Positions 18,931-28,432 of a stretch of DNA of 64,000 bases are shown one piece after another (positions within the stretch are counted from its first letter, which is position 1; the number at the start of each line of letters is the position of its first letter). The DNA lies in assembly GCA_965263035.1 (NCBI GenBank), contig OZ253580.1, positions 3,616,001 to 3,680,000 on the forward strand. The letters run 5' to 3'. The DNA comes from Acidobacteriota bacterium. GTDB lineage: Bacteria > Acidobacteriota > UBA6911 > RPQK01 > JAJDTT01. The notes under the pieces are model-generated. The model was not told where the DNA came from and ran no database searches. It saw only the letters and a program-made list of their open reading frames with translations. The translations under genes were made by a program, and so were the position numbers.

Positions 18931-20466
18931 TCACAGGGGAGGTTCGGAGACGCCGTAGAACGCTCGCAGGCGCTTGAGTTCGGCCTGCAGCTCGGCGCTG
19001 ATTCGTTCCGTCCCTTCTTGCCCGTAAAGGCTCTGCAGTTCCTGCGGGTCCTGCTCCAGGTCGAACAGCTCCCACTCGCCGCTCTCGTAGAAGCGGATCA
19101 ATTTGTGACGCTCGGTCCGCACCCCCTCATGCGCCGGGACGCCGTGAGCCAACTGGCTCTCGTAGTAGTGGTAGTAGAAGGACCGGCGCCAATCCCGGGG
19201 CGTCGCGCCCTTGAGGATGGGAACCAGGCTGCGGCCCTGCATCCGGGGAGGGGTCCGGACGCCGGCGATCTCCAGAAAGGTGGCGGCATAGTCCAGGTTC
19301 GAGACCAGGTCGCGGCTGGCGGAGCCGGGCTCGACCACGCCGGGCCACCGGATCACGAGTGGGGTTCGCAGCGATTCCCGGTACATCCAGCGCTTGTCGA
19401 ACCAGCCGTGCTCCCCCAGATAGAAGCCCTGGTCGGAGCTGTAGACCACGATGGTGTCCCGGGACAGACCGGTGGCGTCCAGGTAACGGAGCAGGCGCCC
19501 GACGTTGTCGTCGACGGAAGCGATGCAACGCAAATAGTCCTTGATGTAGCGTTGGTACTTCCAACGGAGGAGTTCCTTTCCCTTCAGATCGGCCGCCTGA
19601 AAGGCCTTGTTCTTGGGTTCGTAAATGGCATCCCAGACGGCTTTCTGCTCCGGATTCATCCTGCCGTAGGTTCGGCTCCACCGGATCATGAACGGGTCGT
19701 CCTCGGCCGTGCCCGGAAGCGGCCGGAACTTCAGATCGTGGGCGGTCAGGTGTCGCCCGATCTCCATCCGGTTCCTGGACGCCGGCGATGCCCGTCCGGC
19801 GTAGTCGTCGAACAGAGTCGGCGGCTCCCGCATCTGCTCGCCGTCGTACAGCGTCAGGTGCTCCGGTCCGGGCATCCAGTGGCGGTGCGGCGCCTTGTGC
19901 TGGCTCATGAGCAGGAAGGGCTGGTCCGGGTTCCGGTTCCGGAGCCACTCCAGCGAGAGATCCGTGATGAGGTCCGTGGTGTAACCGGTATGCCGGCGGC
20001 GCGTGTCGTTGGGGCCGACCCGCATGTCCGGGTTGTAATAGGAGCCCTGTCCCGGCAGCACTTCCCAATCGTCGAAGCCGGTGGGCGCCGACTTCAGATG
20101 CCACTTCCCGAAGATGGCCGTCTGGTACCCGGCCTCCTGCAACAGCTTGGGAAAGGTCTGTTGCGAGCCGTCGAACGGCAGGCGGTTGTCCAGGACGCCG
20201 TTGAGGTGGCTGTACTTGCCGGTGAGGATCACGGCCCGGCTGGGGGCGCAGATGGAATTCGTGACCAGCGCCCGGTCGAACCGCATTCCCTCGCGGGCGA
20301 TCCGGTCGATGTTGGGGGTCCGGTTGACCCTCGAGCCGTAGGCGCCGACGGCCTGGTAGGCGTGGTCGTCGGTGAGGATGAAGAGGATGTTGGGTGGTTG
20401 GGCCGGGGCTGGCCGGTACCATGCCAACAGCAGCAACAGCGGCGTCGAAGCAGCGATCAGGCGCAT
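18931..20466 (-). CDS. Cys-type formylglycine-dependent sulfatase (S1), secreted
   Basis: [45 protein letters not shown]; N-terminal signal peptide. Confidence 0.96.
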   Translation of the reverse strand: MRLIAASTPLLLLLAWYRPAPAQPPNILFILTDDHAYQAVGAYGSRVNRTPNIDRIAREGMRFDRALVTNSICAPSRAVILTGKYSHLNGVLDNRLPFDGSQQTFPKLLQEAGYQTAIFGKWHLKSAPTGFDDWEVLPGQGSYYNPDMRVGPNDTRRRHTGYTTDLITDLSLEWLRNRNPDQPFLLMSQHKAPHRHWMPGPEHLTLYDGEQMREPPTLFDDYAGRASPASRNRMEIGRHLTAHDLKFRPLPGTAEDDPFMIRWSRTYGRMNPEQKAVWDAIYEPKNKAFQAADLKGKELLRWKYQRYIKDYLRCIASVDDNVGRLLRYLDATGLSRDTIVVYSSDQGFYLGEHGWFDKRWMYRESLRTPLVIRWPGVVEPGSASRDLVSNLDYAATFLEIAGVRTPPRMQGRSLVPILKGATPRDWRRSFYYHYYESQLAHGVPAHEGVRTERHKLIRFYESGEWELFDLEQDPQELQSLYGQEGTERISAELQAELKRLRAFYGVSEPPL

Positions 20467-20528
20467 CCCCGGGAATTCTACTACCGGCGCCGGGCGTCAC
20501 GCACCCATGGGCGTTCTCAGAGGTTTAC

Positions 20529-20564
20529 ATACCTAGAACTACAATGCATTATTGTTCTATGTAT
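20529..20564. promoter_or_regulatory. 36-bp AT-rich palindrome, putative PadR operator
   Basis: ATACCTAGAACTACAATGCATTATTGTTCTATGTAT: 15 of 18 positions are self-complementary around AATGCATT. Lies 44 bp upstream of padR, in the divergent intergenic region. Confidence 0.65.
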
Positions 20565-20608
20565 CGATCCATGAACCCTGTCGCCGCCGTCGTGGGAGAT
20601 GGGAAGAC

Positions 20609-20977
20609 ATGAACTTCGGCAAGGATCTGGTGGCGGCTTCGGCGACGCCGCTGGTGCTGGCGATTCTATCCGAGGAGGACAACTATGGTTACGCGATCCT
20701 GAAACGCGTCCGCGAACTCTCCGGGGGCCGGTTGCAGTGGACGGACGGCATGCTCTATCCGGTGCTGCACCGGCTGGATCGGCTCGGATATGTCGAGACC
20801 CGGTGGGAGACTTCCCGGAGCGGCCGCAAGCGAAAATACTATCGGATCAGCCGCCGGGGACAGGAGCAACTGGAGGTTCAGCGTCGGCAGTGGCAGGTGG
20901 TGGACGCCACTCTCCGGGCCGTCTGGTTCGAGAGGTGCCCGGTGGCGCATGGGCAGCCGCTGATGCAGGAGGGCTGA
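20609..20977 (+). CDS. PadR family transcriptional regulator
   Basis: LVLAILSEEDNYGYAI, GMLYPVLHRL, GRKRKYYRIS..G. Start at ATG 20609. Confidence 0.93.
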   Translation: MNFGKDLVAASATPLVLAILSEEDNYGYAILKRVRELSGGRLQWTDGMLYPVLHRLDRLGYVETRWETSRSGRKRKYYRISRRGQEQLEVQRRQWQVVDATLRAVWFERCPVAHGQPLMQEG

Positions 20978-20982
20978 AGCGA

Positions 20983-22359
20983 ATGGGCGCATCCGGGGGA
21001 CGACAGGAGACTCTGGAGGGACAGATTGCGGAGTGGCGGGCTTACCTGCGCCGTCGCCGGGCAATATTCGCCCCTGACGTGGAAGAGCTGGAAATTCACC
21101 TGCGGGAACAGGTGAAGGAACTGGTCGACGCCGGCCTGGCGCCGAACGAAGCCTTTCTGGTGGGAGTCAAGCGGATGGGCAGCCTGGACGCTCTCTCTCG
21201 CGAGTTCGCGCGGGAGCATTCGGAGCGTCTGTGGAAACAACTGGTCTTGGTTACCGACGAGGACGGCGAGCCGGGCCGGACGGCACCTGTCGAGACGGCT
21301 GTGGTCATCTGTCTGGCCGCCGCCGCCGCGCTGGCCGTCAAGGTTCCCGAGTTGTTCGGCTACTCCCACATCGGCTCCGACGACGGATTCTATCCCCGGA
21401 ACGTCAGCCTCCTGGTTCTGCCTCTGCTCACCGGCTACTTCGTCTGGAAACGGCGTACTCTCGGTTTCCGCTGTCTCTGGTTGGCACTCCCGTTCGTTGT
21501 GGCTGCCCTCTTCGTGAACCTTTTCCCCTTCACGCCGCGCGGCCACACCGCGTTGCTCGCGGTGCTTCACCTGCCGATCGCGCTCTGGCTGGCGGTGGGA
21601 GTCGCCTACGCCGGCGGGCGCTGGCACAGCGGGGGCGGGCGCATGGACTTCATCCGTTTCTCCGGGGAGTTGTTCATCTACTACGTGCTGATCGCTCTGG
21701 GCGGCGGGGTGCTGACGGGCTTCACCCGGGTCATGTTCAGCGCCATCGGCCTGGACGTGGATTGGCTGGCGGTGGAATGGCTGCTGCCCTGCGGCGCAGC
21801 GGGGGCCGTCATCATCGGGGCATGGCTGGTGGAGGCCAAGCAGAGCGTCGTCGAAAACATGGCGCCCGTCCTGACCCGTCTGTTCACCCCCCTGTTCACC
21901 GTGGTTCTACTGGCCTTTCTGGCGACCATGGTCTGGACCCGCAGCGGCATCGACGTGAAGCGGGAAGTGCTCATTGGATTCGACCTGCTGTTGGCGCTGG
22001 TCCTGGGATTGCTGCTCTACGCCGTGTCGGCGCGCGACCCGAAGTTGCCGCCGGATGCCTTCGACGTGCTGCAGTTCGTGCTGGTGGTCAGCGCTCTGGT
22101 CGTCGACCTTCTGGCTCTAGCCGCCATCGGAACGCGTATCTCCGAGTTCGGATTCAGCCCCAACCGGGTGGCGGCGCTGGGCGAGAACCTGATCCTTCTG
22201 GTCAATCTGGCGTGGTCGGCCTGGCTCTACGCCCGCTTCCTGCTGAACCGCGGCTCCTTCATCGCCCTGGAGCGCTGGCAGACCATGTATCTGCCGGTCT
22301 ATGCCGTGTGGGCCGGGTTCGTGGTCGTCGGCTTTCCACCCCTTTTCGACTACGTCTGA
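20983..22359 (+). CDS. Multi-pass membrane protein with permease-prefix domain 1 (DUF4153-like)
   Basis: N-terminal DVEELE.HL.EQV..L...GL...EAF..GVKRMG prefix domain, then about 10 TM segments; GFSPNRVAALG. Starts 5 bp downstream of padR. Confidence 0.75.
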   Translation: MGASGGRQETLEGQIAEWRAYLRRRRAIFAPDVEELEIHLREQVKELVDAGLAPNEAFLVGVKRMGSLDALSREFAREHSERLWKQLVLVTDEDGEPGRTAPVETAVVICLAAAAALAVKVPELFGYSHIGSDDGFYPRNVSLLVLPLLTGYFVWKRRTLGFRCLWLALPFVVAALFVNLFPFTPRGHTALLAVLHLPIALWLAVGVAYAGGRWHSGGGRMDFIRFSGELFIYYVLIALGGGVLTGFTRVMFSAIGLDVDWLAVEWLLPCGAAGAVIIGAWLVEAKQSVVENMAPVLTRLFTPLFTVVLLAFLATMVWTRSGIDVKREVLIGFDLLLALVLGLLLYAVSARDPKLPPDAFDVLQFVLVVSALVVDLLALAAIGTRISEFGFSPNRVAALGENLILLVNLAWSAWLYARFLLNRGSFIALERWQTMYLPVYAVWAGFVVVGFPPLFDYV

Positions 22360-22452
22360 AGAGAACCAGGAATCAGGAGTTGAAGAGTAGTTGGAGTCGG
22401 GCCAGGGGCAGTACGGTCCGTCTCCCCGGATTCGGCGGATCTATCTCCTCCG

Positions 22453-23775
22453 TCACTCGATGACCGGGCCGTCGTTGCGCCACCAGCGGAATTCGTTGCT
22501 TCCGATCTCGGCGACGGCGGCCACGTCCAGATCCCCGTCGCCATCCAGATCGGCCAGAATGACCATGTTGGCGCGAGGCCAGGAGGTTTTCAGGGAGTGG
22601 GCCGACCATGGCGACCGCGGGTCGCCGGGATTCTCAAGCCAGAGCACCTGTCCGGCCGAGCCCCACGCCGTAACCGCCACGTCCGGGTCGCCGTCGCCGT
22701 CCAGATCACCGGCCACCGCCTCGAAGGCGCTTGGAAGCGATTCCAGGATGGTGTGGCGGGGCCACGGGCCGTCTCCAGGTGTGCCGTCGTTTTCGTACCA
22801 GACGACTCCCGAATGGTCTTCACCGCCGCCGTTCGCTCCCATGCCCAGGGCCAGAACCAGATCCGGGTCGCCGTCGCGATCCATGTCTACCGGATTCCCG
22901 TGCATGGCACGGGGCGCGCTGGAGTCGATGAGATGCCGCTTCCAGGGCCGGGAGAGTGGATCGCCGCTGTTCTCGTACCAGAGGACCAGCCCATCGCCGG
23001 CTGCCGTTCCCATCAGGTCCTCGTCACCGTCTCCATCCACGTCGGCCACCCGGATACATCGAGTCTCCGCCACGTTCGCGTCAATCAAGTGTTTGGGCCA
23101 CTCCCGCCCCTCTTCATAGCAGAGCTGGGTCGGTGGACCGACGCACTCGGTTCCCGGGTTTTCGAACCAGGCGAACTGGTTCCCCATCCTCCAGGAGGAG
23201 GCGGCCACGTCCGGGTCGCCGTCGCCGTCCAGGTCCGAGATCGCGACGCTGTAGGCTCCGGCCAGGTTGGTGGTGATGACGTGCCGCTTCCAGAGTTCCC
23301 GGCTCTCCGGATTCCCAGGGTTCTGGAACCAGAGAAGGTGGCCGTAAAGATTCTTGACGATCACCACGTCCGGGTGGGTATCAAGGTTGACGTCGCCTAC
23401 CATGTGGCGCTCCAGCCGCTCCGGATCGTCCTTCTGGATGAAGCGGCGCCTGAAGGTCCCCGACCCGTCATTCTCGAACCAGTAGAGGTCGTTGGCGGGA
23501 GTGTAATCGGCACTGGTCAGGTCCAGATCGCCGTCCTTGTCCAGGTCGGCGGCCCAGATGCCGTAGGGATAGGCATAGCCCTCCATGATCAGGTGCTCGG
23601 TAAAGCGAACCGGACCCGGATCCGGAGAGGAGGTGTCAACCGGGACGCCGCCTTTGGAAACATCGTCCGGCTGGCAGGCCGCCAGGACGCCGGACAAGAG
23701 CAGCAGGCATCCAAGCCGGCGCCGGCTCCTGGCGCCGGTCCTTGGAACTCGAATCGAAATCGGGACGAATCTCAC
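22453..23775 (-). CDS. FG-GAP/VCBS repeat lipoprotein
   Basis: Seven D(L/V/M)D.DGD.D-type repeats, each followed by W(F/Y)EN; lipobox LAAC. Confidence 0.9.
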   Translation of the reverse strand: MRFVPISIRVPRTGARSRRRLGCLLLLSGVLAACQPDDVSKGGVPVDTSSPDPGPVRFTEHLIMEGYAYPYGIWAADLDKDGDLDLTSADYTPANDLYWFENDGSGTFRRRFIQKDDPERLERHMVGDVNLDTHPDVVIVKNLYGHLLWFQNPGNPESRELWKRHVITTNLAGAYSVAISDLDGDGDPDVAASSWRMGNQFAWFENPGTECVGPPTQLCYEEGREWPKHLIDANVAETRCIRVADVDGDGDEDLMGTAAGDGLVLWYENSGDPLSRPWKRHLIDSSAPRAMHGNPVDMDRDGDPDLVLALGMGANGGGEDHSGVVWYENDGTPGDGPWPRHTILESLPSAFEAVAGDLDGDGDPDVAVTAWGSAGQVLWLENPGDPRSPWSAHSLKTSWPRANMVILADLDGDGDLDVAAVAEIGSNEFRWWRNDGPVIE

Positions 23776-24137
23776 TGTGTGGTCTCCCAGGATGGTCCGT
23801 GGAGACGATCGCCACGGGCGGTCTGGTCAGGATAGCGCCCGGTCTCGGCAATACCAAGTTCAAGGGGCGAGACGGCAGGGTGGTGAATCCCGACCGGCGG
23901 GTCCCGTCTCTCCTGGCGCCGGGTACCAGCGTGTGACAACATGAGCGAAGCGCGAGTTGCGGTGTTCCCCTGCTGGATTCGGGTGGCTGTCTCATGGGCA
24001 GTCGCCGGGTCGGCGGCAAGCGTCCGTTGACCCGAGGATTTTGCGGGGGAGACAAACTGGCTTTCCTTCGAATGACCGCCATAAATTGCAGCGAGCCGGC
24101 CACATGGGAATAGGCTGGGCCAAGCACTTGGGGCCAA

Positions 24138-24166
24138 TTGAGATCTGGGAACGGCTTTGCTATGAT
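24138..24166 (+). promoter_or_regulatory. Sigma70-type promoter upstream of the STAS/PP2C/RsbW block
   Basis: TTGAGA (24138-24143), 17 bp, TATGAT (24161-24166), with a TGn extension. Confidence 0.55.
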
Positions 24167-24234
24167 GCCGTGCGATTGCGATATTCTCAGGGCAGAATTC
24201 AGAATCCGGCCCAAATATTCAAGGAGTCCATTTG

Positions 24235-24573
24235 ATGGAAGTTCACACGGAGAGGGAAGACGGCGCCTTGATCGCTCGGGCGGTAGGCCGTATCGATGGC
24301 GCCAACGCGCGTGAATTCGAGAATGCCCTTCAAGCGACGCTCGGCAAGCATGATAGTGCGTTGATCCTGGATATGCAGTCTCTCTCCTACATCAGTAGCG
24401 CGGGCCTTCGCGTCATTCTAATGGCTGCAAAGGTGCTCCAGAGGCGGGGCGGGAAATTCGTGGTCTGTTCACTCTCGGATTCTATAAACGAGGTCTTTGA
24501 GATCAGTGGCTTCAACCGGATCATCCCGACCCACGCGACCCGTTCCGAAGCGGTCGCCGCTCTCGCCGAGTAG
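24235..24573 (+). CDS. STAS anti-anti-sigma factor (RsbV/SpoIIAA-like), copy 1
   Basis: GRID..NA..F, LSYISSAGLRV (phosphoacceptor Ser), VFEISGF; AAGGAG RBS. Confidence 0.93.
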   Translation: MEVHTEREDGALIARAVGRIDGANAREFENALQATLGKHDSALILDMQSLSYISSAGLRVILMAAKVLQRRGGKFVVCSLSDSINEVFEISGFNRIIPTHATRSEAVAALAE

Positions 24574-24766
24574 GAAGCTCCTGCGTACCCTTGATTTCGG
24601 AGACGCATCCGTCGGACAAGTGGCGACAAATTTGAAAAACGGGGATAACTGCCCCCCAATGGTGCCCCTGCCGGGATTTCGCCGCAGTTGCGGCCGCCGG
24701 CTCCCGACGCGGGGTATGGATGATCGGCAAGAGTAGGCGTACGGCGAAGGCTACGGGAGATCTGAC

Positions 24767-25957
24767 GTGGAAACGAATAAGTCTGACCTGATGAACCGAC
24801 CGTGCAAGATCCTGGTCGTGGACGATGAACCGGATCTTGAACCGCTCATGCTTCAACGCATGCGGCGGGCCATACGCTCCGGGGTTTACACTTTCGTGTT
24901 TGCCCGTAACGGTGTCGAAGCCCTTGATCGGCTGAACGAGGAGCAGGACATCGACATGGTGCTGTCGGACATCAACATGCCTCAGATGGACGGGCTCACC
25001 TTGTTGCAGCAGATCCCCAAGGTCGATCCCAACATCCGTTCCGTCATCATTTCGGCGTACGGCGACATGAAGAATATCCGCACGGCCATGAACCGGGGAG
25101 CCTTTGACTTCGTCACCAAGCCGCTGGATTTCAAGGACCTTCGAATCACCATCGACCGGACGGTCCGACACATGAAGGAGTGGCGCGAGGCCCTGGCTTC
25201 GCGTGACAAGCTGGTGGCGTTGCAGAACGAACTCGACGTCGCCAACCAGATGCAGCAATCCATCCTTCCCAGCCATTTCCCCAAGCGCGCCGACTACGAA
25301 GTCTCGGCCAGCATGGAGGCGGCGCGGAATGTGGGCGGAGATTTCTACGATGTCATCCACCTCCACGAAGGCCGGGTCGGCTTGGCCATCGCGGACGTTT
25401 CGGACAAAGGAGTTCCTGCCGCGCTCTTCATGATGTCCAGCCGGACTTTGCTCAAGGGCGCCGCCATCGGCACTCTGGATCCGGGCCGCGTCCTGGGAGA
25501 GGTCAACAACCTGCTTGACGAGGACAACGATGCCGCCATGTTCGTCACCCTCCTGTACGCGGTGTACAATCCGGCCACCGGAAAACTTACCTACGCCAAC
25601 GGAGGACACAACTCCCCACTCGTCGTCCATTCCGACGGAAGCTCGTCCCTGCTTCCACTCACTGATGGGATCGCCCTGGGTGTGATCCCCGGTCTCGATT
25701 TCATCGAGAACACCGTGGTCCTCTCACCCGGAGACACCGTGATTTTCTACACCGACGGCGTCACCGAGGCTATGGACGACGACGGCGAAGAGTTCGGTAC
25801 GGAACGTCTTTTCGAGATCTTTGCGGATGCGCCCCCGAGAGATTCCCAGGAGGCCAACGATGCGGTTTTCACGGCGGTAAGAGACTTTGTCGGGGATACT
25901 CCTCAATCGGACGACATCACTTGCATGGTGCTCTATCGAAGGGAGAGCGATCGTTGA
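24767..25957 (+). CDS. Response-regulator receiver fused to a SpoIIE/PP2C phosphatase (RsbU/RsbY-like)
   Basis: REC: ILVVDDE, LSDINMP.MDG, FVTKP. PP2C: VGGDFYD, IADVSDKGVPAA, NGGH, YTDGVTE, DDIT. Confidence 0.95.
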   Translation: METNKSDLMNRPCKILVVDDEPDLEPLMLQRMRRAIRSGVYTFVFARNGVEALDRLNEEQDIDMVLSDINMPQMDGLTLLQQIPKVDPNIRSVIISAYGDMKNIRTAMNRGAFDFVTKPLDFKDLRITIDRTVRHMKEWREALASRDKLVALQNELDVANQMQQSILPSHFPKRADYEVSASMEAARNVGGDFYDVIHLHEGRVGLAIADVSDKGVPAALFMMSSRTLLKGAAIGTLDPGRVLGEVNNLLDEDNDAAMFVTLLYAVYNPATGKLTYANGGHNSPLVVHSDGSSSLLPLTDGIALGVIPGLDFIENTVVLSPGDTVIFYTDGVTEAMDDDGEEFGTERLFEIFADAPPRDSQEANDAVFTAVRDFVGDTPQSDDITCMVLYRRESDR

Positions 25958-26373
25958 GCCGGAAGCTGTCCCTGAAGGTCAGACCCAGAGCCGAAGAATT
26001 GGATACGATCACAGTCGCCGTGGAGGAATTCGGAGACGCCGAACAATGGCCTCCCGACCTGATCTTTCGGGTCAATCTGGTGCTCGAGGAGGTGGGACTC
26101 AACATCATCAATCACGGGAGGACCGACGATCTTCACGAGATCGAGATCACTCTGACCTCGGAAGCGGAATCGCTCACCATCGAGATCGTGGATAATGGCC
26201 GACCCTTCGATCCGTTGACGGATGCGCCCGAGCCCGATTTGGACTCCGGGGTCACGGAGCGTGCCGTAGGTGGTCTCGGCGTCTATCTGGTGCGCACCAT
26301 GATGGATGAGTTGCACTATCGCCGCGACGGGAGCAGAAACTACCTGACCCTGGTCAAAGGGCGAGGCAAGTAA
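25954..26373 (+). CDS. Anti-sigma factor Ser kinase (RsbW-like, HATPase_c_2), copy 1
   Basis: LVLEE...NIINHG, D.GRPFDP, GGLGVYLV...MD. TTGA overlap with the phosphatase stop. Confidence 0.92.
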   Translation: MSRKLSLKVRPRAEELDTITVAVEEFGDAEQWPPDLIFRVNLVLEEVGLNIINHGRTDDLHEIEITLTSEAESLTIEIVDNGRPFDPLTDAPEPDLDSGVTERAVGGLGVYLVRTMMDELHYRRDGSRNYLTLVKGRGK

Positions 26374-26551
26374 CGCGGAGGTCCGACTCGGCCAGTGCGG
26401 CACCCCCTCCCGGCTTCCGGCGCGCCACGCTGCCGCGACGGGTGGAATGGACGTTATCTTTCGCGATAGCCTGACGTTGGCAGCTCCAGGCGAGAATCAC
26501 CCGGCGCTGTCAAACACGTAAGCGATCCGATCGGTCGCGTATGGGTTCGCG

Positions 26552-27439
26552 ATGGACAGGGCAGCTGCCATGGAGACGCCGTCCGGCAAAGCTGCGGCGG
26601 ATGAGAACTTCCCCGTCGGCTCCTGGTTGGTGCCGGCACACCTGAGACCCCATATTGCGACTTTCTATGCCTACGCCCGGGCGATCGATGATATCGCCGA
26701 CAATCCCGACTTGGATCCGTACGACAAGATCGAGCGACTGGACGGCTTCGCCAGTGTCGTGAGTGGTGCCGAGACAGGAGATCCAGCCTTTCGCAAAGCG
26801 CACGACGTCCGCCGTAGTCTGGATGCGACGCAGGTCACGCATCGGCATTGCGTCGATCTGACGCGCGCCTTCATACAGGATGCGACCAAACTGCGCTATG
26901 CCGACTGGAATGATCTCATCGGTTACTGCGATCTCTCCGCGGCGCCCGTGGGGCGCTACCTGGTCGACCTTCATGGCGAGTCAAGAGCCGCGTATCCGGC
27001 TTGCGATGCCCTATGCAACGCACTCCAGGTACTCAATCACCTGCAGGACTGCGGGGATGACTACAACTCGTTGAACCGGGTCTATCTGCCTCAGAACTGG
27101 ATGGCGGCAGCGGAAACGGGAGTCGAGGCGCTTGGCCACAGGCGTTCATCTCCGGCACTCAGGCAAGTGTTGGATCGGTGCCTCGATGCAACCGAGACGC
27201 TGTTGGAGTCGGCCGATCGTTTGCCGGGTCAGTTTTGCAACCTCCGTTTCGCCATGGAGACGGCTGTGATCATCGCCATCGCCAGGAAGCTCAGTGCTGA
27301 GTTGCGCCGGCGGGATCCCTTGGCAGAGCGTGTCGTGCTGACCAAAGCTCAATACGCGGCCTGCTGTTTGCGTGGAGTCGGTCGGATCCTGCTCCGAAGG
27401 GTCTGGCGCCGGCGCGCTGAAGGCGAGATTCCTGCATGA
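26552..27439 (+). CDS. hpnC: Hydroxysqualene synthase HpnC
   Basis: ENFPVGS, ARAIDDIAD, YC..SAAPVGR, DALCNALQVLNHLQD, RVYLP; first gene of an hpnCDE trio. Confidence 0.92.
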   Translation: MDRAAAMETPSGKAAADENFPVGSWLVPAHLRPHIATFYAYARAIDDIADNPDLDPYDKIERLDGFASVVSGAETGDPAFRKAHDVRRSLDATQVTHRHCVDLTRAFIQDATKLRYADWNDLIGYCDLSAAPVGRYLVDLHGESRAAYPACDALCNALQVLNHLQDCGDDYNSLNRVYLPQNWMAAAETGVEALGHRRSSPALRQVLDRCLDATETLLESADRLPGQFCNLRFAMETAVIIAIARKLSAELRRRDPLAERVVLTKAQYAACCLRGVGRILLRRVWRRRAEGEIPA

Positions 27440-27532
27440 TTTTCGCTCCTCCGGTCGAGGAACGCGAGCTGGTGGGTCGATGTCGCGTCGGTTGTGTGAC
27501 ATGACGATTTTTGCCGCAGGAATGCTGACGAC

Positions 27533-28420
27533 GTGAGGACGGCATCTCGATCGCAGGCCGCTCCGAGCAGGCGGTCAGGTGATCAGGTCAAGCCCAGGGA
27601 TCACGTGAATCGCGTCGTAGCGCGATCAGGCACGTCGTTCCTTTGGGGCATGAGGGCGCTTTCGGCGGAACGGCGCCGTGCGATCTACGCCATTTACGCG
27701 TTCTGCCGGGAAGTCGACGACATTGCAGACGAACCGGGCGAAAGCGCTGACAAGAGGCGAGCACTGGTGCGGTGGCGGGAGGAGATCGACCGACTCTACG
27801 CAGGGAAGCCGAGTTGGCCGACGACCAGGGCGCTATTGAAACCGGTTCGGCGTTTCAACTTGCCTCAAGAGGAGTTTCTCGCGGTGATCGAGGGCATGGA
27901 AATCGATGCCAGACCCATCGTGCGGATGCAGAATCTGGATGATCTGTTGCACTATTGCCGCAAGGTCGCCGGAGCCGTGGGAATGCTTTCCATCCATGCT
28001 TTCGGCGTCCCGCGGAACCCTGGATTTCAGATCGCCGAGAAGCTCGGGAACGCCCTGCAGTTGACCAACATTCTGCGTGACCTGAAGGAGGATGCTGAAT
28101 TGCAGCGTCTCTATGTGCCGCTGGAACTGCTCAGTAAGAACGGTGTCGCCACCACTTCGTTGAACGCTGTCCTGGTTCATCCAGGCTTCAGCGGTGCGTG
28201 TGCGGAACTAGCCATCCTGGCACGCAATTACTACGCCGAGACCGAAAGACTGATCGCGGAATTCGGATGGCGGAGGATTCGGCCGGCCGTTCTCATGATG
28301 GCGGTGTACCGGGAATTGCTTGATCGCCTGGAAGAGCGGGGATGGACGCAAATCGATGTTTCGGTCCGGCTGACGCGACTCCGGAAGGTTTTGCTCGCTC
28401 TGCGTTACGGACTTTGCTGA
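27533..28420 (+). CDS. hpnD: Presqualene diphosphate synthase HpnD
   Basis: SGTSF, YAFCREVDDIAD, YC.KVAGAVG, LG.ALQLTNILRDLKEDA, RLYVP. Confidence 0.92.
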   Translation: MRTASRSQAAPSRRSGDQVKPRDHVNRVVARSGTSFLWGMRALSAERRRAIYAIYAFCREVDDIADEPGESADKRRALVRWREEIDRLYAGKPSWPTTRALLKPVRRFNLPQEEFLAVIEGMEIDARPIVRMQNLDDLLHYCRKVAGAVGMLSIHAFGVPRNPGFQIAEKLGNALQLTNILRDLKEDAELQRLYVPLELLSKNGVATTSLNAVLVHPGFSGACAELAILARNYYAETERLIAEFGWRRIRPAVLMMAVYRELLDRLEERGWTQIDVSVRLTRLRKVLLALRYGLC

Positions 28421-28432
28421 CGGACGTTCACC

